Below are positions 45,481 through 64,000 of a DNA stretch of 64,000 bases, in pieces. The notes under the pieces were generated by a model, which was not told where the DNA came from, made no database searches, and saw only the letters and a list, made by a program, of their open reading frames with translations. Location: assembly GCF_009914755.1 (NCBI RefSeq), contig NC_060940.1. One strand, given 5' to 3'. How positions within the stretch are numbered: the first letter of the stretch is position 1; the number at the start of each line of letters is the position of its first letter. Position numbers and translations under genes: made by a program. This DNA comes from the human T2T-CHM13v2.0 reference genome, Homo sapiens.

Positions 45481-45847
<367 letters not shown>

Positions 45848-45850
45848 TAA

Positions 45851-46048
<198 letters not shown>

Positions 46049-46086
46049 TAATCCCAGCACTTTGGGAGGCCGAGGTGGGAGGATCA

Positions 46087-46374
<288 letters not shown>

Positions 46375-46551
46375 TTATTGTATTTTGCTTTGTGTTTAAT
46401 TTTCTCAAATAGACCTCAAGTACCTTGAAGACAGGAATGTCTTAGTATCCCCTCAGTGCATTTCACATAGTACATGTTCAATGATATGTTTCTATTATTA
46501 TTATAAATTTTTCGTTTGGAAACAGAGCCTTGCTGTGTCGCCCAGGTGTGA

Positions 46552-46737
<186 letters not shown>

Positions 46738-47106
46738 TGATCTGCCTGCCTCGGCCTCCCAGGATGCTGGGATTACAGGCATAAGCCACCACACTCTGCC
46801 TATTATTGTAATTATTAAAAGACAACATACATATAGCTAAATGAATCAGCTGCACTAATCAATCACTGGTTTGGTGTCTATCATCATCTATTAGTTTTGC
46901 CTGTTTTTTGATTTTTTTTTACTAGAGACAAGATCTCACTCTCTTGCCCAGGCTGGTGTGCAATTGCAAGATCCCAGCTCACTGCAGCAGCCTTGAACTC
47001 CTGGGTTTAAGGGATCCTCCTGTCTCAGCCTCCCAAGTAGCCGGGACCACAGGTGTACACCACCGAGTTCAGCTAATGTTTTTTGTGGGGTTTTTGTTTT
47101 TTGTAG

Positions 47107-47238
<132 letters not shown>

Positions 47239-47348
47239 TGAGCTTCATATAAATAGAATCATAAGGCATATCCTTTTTTGTACCTGGCTTCTATTGTTGA
47301 CCATAATACTTATGAGATTCATCCGTGTTAAGTGCACCAGTATGGTAG

Positions 47349-47675
<327 letters not shown>

Positions 47676-47945
47676 TAAATTCCTGAATGGTTTTCAATTG
47701 AATGACGATCGATACCACAATGTATTCATTCTCCTGTAGATTTTTTTTTTTTTTGATGGAGTCTCATTGTGTCCTCCATGATGAAGTGCAGTGGCATGAT
47801 CTTGGCTCACTGCAACCTCCGCCTCCCAGGTTCAAGAGGTTCTCGTGCCTCAGCCTCCCAATTAGCTTAGATTACAGGCGTGCATCATCACACCTGGCTA
47901 ATTTTTGTATTTTTAGTAGAGATGGGGTTTCACCATGTTTAGTAG

Positions 47946-48086
<141 letters not shown>

Positions 48087-48152
48087 TTACATCATATGTT
48101 TTAAATTTTTATTATTAGGTACAGAGTAGTTTTTGTTATACATCCCTGTTAA

Positions 48153-48407
<255 letters not shown>

Positions 48408-48577
48408 TGACACTCTTTATCTGCAGTAATACTTTTTGTGAGTCTATTTTTTCTGATACTAATATAGCTTTCCAACTTCATTTTAGTTGGTTTTGGCCTG
48501 ATGTATTTTTTTATTAATTGCTTTTCAATATTTCTGTATAATAATGATATTTATATACATCTTGAAATAGCATATAG

Positions 48578-48944
<367 letters not shown>

Positions 48945-49055
48945 TAAGCAATGGATTTTAATGTGTGTGTTGCCTTCAGTAAAGGAATTGTCCAAGTACA
49001 GCTCTTGGTAAAGATCCCAACGAAGCAAAATACATCTTCCTTCAATGACCTGAGA

Positions 49056-49441
49056 TTTTAGTCAGCTCAGGCTGCTATAACAAAATACCATAAACAGGGT
49101 GGCTTAAAAAACAATATTTATTTTTCACAGTTCTGGAGGCTGGGAAGTCCAAGATTAAGGTGCTGGCAAAACCGATTTGGTGTCTGGTGAGGGCTCTGTT
49201 TCTGGTTTGCTCACAGCTGCCTTCTTGCTGTATCCCCACTTGGTGGAGAAAGAGATTGCTTGTCTCGTTCTCTTTCTGTGAGGGCATTAATACCATCATG
49301 AAGTCTCCCACCCTCATGACGTAATCTAGCCCCAATTACCTTCCAAGGGCCTCACCTTCTCACCTTCAAATGCTATGACATTGGGGATTAGGGCTTCAAC
49401 ATATGCATTTGGCAGGAGAACACAAACATTTAGTTCATACT
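49056..49441 (-). mobile_element. MaLR LTR (MLT1A-like)
   Basis: CAGGCTGCTATAACAAAATACCATA...CACAGTTCTGGAGGCTGGGAAGTCCAAGAT...CACAAACATT. Confidence 0.8.
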
Positions 49442-49483
49442 AATACACGATAGTCGAATTCTTGAAAAATTCAGTGTATATTA

Positions 49484-49823
<340 letters not shown>

Positions 49824-49849
49824 TCATATGTAAAATGAAGTTAGATTCT

Positions 49850-50061
49850 TAGCACATATTGTTGGATGTCTGGCGGGGATATTAAAAAAACCACTCAAAC
49901 GTAGAAGAATCTCTCTTCATCCAGGACCATACTGTGCATGGCAGGATGGCTTTGCTCTCTCCCTCTAAGGACATTGTCACATTCACAGTGAGATCAAAGC
50001 CCCCACAAACAAGCTTCCAAAATGGCCCTAGGGGGCAGTACTACCTCACTGAGAACCACTG
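49850..50061. mobile_element. MER20-like hAT element carrying a CTCF-like motif
   Basis: CTGTGCATGGCAGGAT...CCCTAGGGGGCAG...TGAGAACCACTG. Confidence 0.45.
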
Positions 50062-50065
50062 TTCA

Positions 50066-54519
<4,454 letters not shown>

Positions 54520-54719
54520 TTAGCCAGGCGTGGTGGCGCATGCCTGTAATCCTAGCTACTCAGGAGGCTGAGGCAGCAGTATCTCTTGAACCAAGGAGGT
54601 GGAGGTTGCAGTGGGCTGAGATCACCCCATTGCGCTCTAGACTGGGCAACAGGAGTGAGACTCTGTCTCAAAAAAAAAAAAAAGATAGTAGTGTGCATGC
54701 TATAAAAAAGAATCCCAGC

Positions 54720-56984
<2,265 letters not shown>

Positions 56985-57227
56985 TAGTCTCAAACACCTG
57001 GCCTCAAGCAAATCTTCCTGCCACAGCCTCCCAAAGTGCTGGGATTACAGGCATAAGCCACTGTGTCCAGCCAGAATTTGATGTTTTGACATATATTTTA
57101 TATCTATAGCCGTGAAGTCATTACCACAATCATGATAGCGAAGGTATGCATCACGCAGAAGTCTCCTTGTGACTGTAATCTCTCCCACCTGCCTCTCTCT
57201 GACCCCTCATACCCAAGAAACCACTGA

Positions 57228-57555
<328 letters not shown>

Positions 57556-57577
57556 TGACCTGATTTGCATTTTCTAG

Positions 57578-60746
<3,169 letters not shown>

Positions 60747-60939
60747 TGAGTAGCTGGGACTACAGGCACCCGCCACCACACCCAGCTAATTTTTTTGTAT
60801 TTTTAGTAGAGACAGCGTTTCACCGTGTTAGCCAGGATGGTCTCGATCTCATGACCTCGTGATCTGCCCACCTCGGCCTCCCAAAGTGCTGGGATTACAG
60901 GTGTGAGCCACCGCGCCCAGCCTATTTATTTTTTTTTGA

Positions 60940-61044
<105 letters not shown>

Positions 61045-61615
61045 TAGCTGGAATTACAGGCGCCTGCCACCAGGACTGGCTAATTTTTTGTATTTTTAGT
61101 AGAGGCAGAGTTTCACCATGTTGGCCGGGCTGGTCTTGAACTCCTGGGCTCCAGTGACCTGCCTGCCTCAGCCTCCCAAAGTGCTGGGATTACAGGCATG
61201 AGCCACTCCGCCTGACCCAGATATTATTATTGTTTTTGTTACTCTTATTATCGCAAAGACTCTCTCCCAATTTATGGCTTATCTTTTCATTCTATTAAGT
61301 GCCTTTTTTCCCCCAAGATGAAGTCTCGCTGTGTTGCCCCAGCTGGAGTGCAGTGGTATGATCTCAGCTCACTGCAACTTCTGCCTCCACGGTTCAAGTG
61401 ATTTTCCCACCTCAGCCTCCTGAGTAACTGGGATTACAGGTGCCTGCCACCACGCCCAGCTAATTTTTGTTTTTTTAGTAGAGACTGGGTTTCACCATAT
61501 TGGCCAGGCTGGTCTCGAACCCCTGACCTCAAGTGATCTGCCCACCTTGGCCTCCCAAAATGCTGGGATTACAGGCGTGAGCCACCGTGCCCAGCCCGGC
61601 CCACATGCATTTTAG

Positions 61616-61932
<317 letters not shown>

Positions 61933-62523
61933 TGATCCACCCACCTTCACCTCCCAAAGTGCTGGGATTATAGGCGTGAGCCACCATGCCTAGCCAAGCC
62001 TGTGGTTTTCTTTCTGGAAGTGACGCAGTGCACTGAGAAGAATCCGTCCCACGCCACAGCCCTTACAGTCATCGTTATTGACATCACAGTCAAGTACAGC
62101 AGCCACTTGGGCTCCCGGGGCATGCGCTGGAGTTGGTACTTTATAAAGACAAGCTGTAGGCAACAGTCTGATTAACTCGATGCCACAGCACATCACAGAT
62201 TACCAACGTCCAGTTCCCATTCCCTTGGAGCTCAGACAAAGCTCAAACCCAAGGGCATGGACAAACCAGTCCCCAAATGCTATCCTTGTGGATCTATCTC
62301 CAGGCACCCCTCTTGTAATAATGCTACATCGATCGGGATCCACTCACAAGGCGGAAACCACAGAGTCATTTAAACAGGGAAGTTTTAACAGAACAATGAA
62401 CTATTTACAGGGGATTGTGACTAAGTGTGAATCAAAGAGAACTCTAAAAAACACCCATGGGGCCGGGCGTGGTGGCTCACGCCTGTAATCCCAGCACTTT
62501 GGGAGGCTGAGGCAGGCAGATCA

Positions 62524-62883
<360 letters not shown>

Positions 62884-63292
62884 TCACTGGAGAGAGGTGG
62901 CTGCAGCCCATTGGACGGTGAGGTTGGCTGGGTTGCCCCAGGTCACGGCTGGTCCACAACCAGCTGGCCGAGGCTGGTGGCCAGGGGACCACAAGCAGAA
63001 ACCCCTCCTGCTGGGGTGCTGGGGTGCCAAGGTTGTCAGGCTGGGAACCACACACTGGGGCTGGCAGGCAGGAAGTTGAATGCCACTGTGTGTCCGGTGC
63101 AGGGCTGCCTGCCACGGGGGTGGGACAGAGGAGGAACCAGGACAAGCCCCTTCCTCCTGTGGTGTCCCTCCGGCGCCCTCTACTGGCAAAGAAGAAATGT
63201 TTGCCAGTTCCACATCTGGTAGCAAGCGGTGCAATAAATGGATTTGGAACTGGGAGGCAACAGATAGAAAACTGGCACCAGTATGTGCTCAT

Positions 63293-63333
<41 letters not shown>

Positions 63334-63584
63334 AAAGGCGAGTTTTGTTTCTCTTTCCTTCTTGCTTGCTTGCTTTCTCTTTCTTTCTTTCTATTATTAT
63401 TTTGAGAGAGGTTCTTGCTCTGTCGCCTAGGCTGGAGTGCAGTGACAATCTGGGCTCATTGAAGCCTCGAACTCCCAGGCTCAAGTAACCCTCCCACCTC
63501 AGCCTCCCAAGTAGCTGGGACTACAGGTGTGTACCACCATGCCCGGCTAATGTTTATTTATTTATTTATTTTTTGTAAAGATGA

Positions 63585-63830
<246 letters not shown>

Positions 63831-64000
63831 TAAATCCAATGGTTACCTCTGGAAAGGCTCTCAGAGATGGAGTTGTGGGATGAGCCAACCACCACCTGTC
63901 ATGGAACACCATTTATACATGGAAGAACCAAGAACAATTTATTATTATTTTGAGACTGAGTCTCACTCCGTCGCCCAGGATAGAGTGCAGTGGCGCAATC

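Overview
Human (great-ape-type), very Alu-dense genomic DNA from the 16p11.2 segmental-duplication region. The only intact protein-coding gene is eukaryotic initiation factor 3 subunit C (EIF3C or its near-identical paralog EIF3CL) on the minus strand. It has a non-coding TOP/TCT-type exon 1 (~40152-40187) and 20 coding exons (39961->16209). I checked these by hand: all GT-AG, phases consistent, total 2742 nt = 913 aa + stop. Intron 10 ends in the MIR6862 tailed mirtron. Left of the gene is a mosaic: ERV1-internal fragments, a CpG-rich 3'-truncated PAWR (Par-4) retrocopy, an old L1 interrupted by a 5'-truncated HCN2 retrocopy, a solo LTR2-family LTR, a duplicated PLA2G10 promoter/exon 1 with a nonsense codon and expanded CTG tract, and an older SVA. 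Right of the gene are a CDC37 processed pseudogene, an SVA_F-like element with a 3' transduction and no target-site duplication, ERVL pro-pol remnants and hAT-Charlie remnants. Almost all other ORFs in the supplied track are Alu/SVA read-through or antisense shadows. I find no convincing new biological system. The most interesting signals are rearrangement scars (both SVAs, a templated insertion near 10160) and retrocopy-derived CpG islands or orphan promoters. Gene and repeat identifications rest on my recall of the parent sequences, not on database searches.
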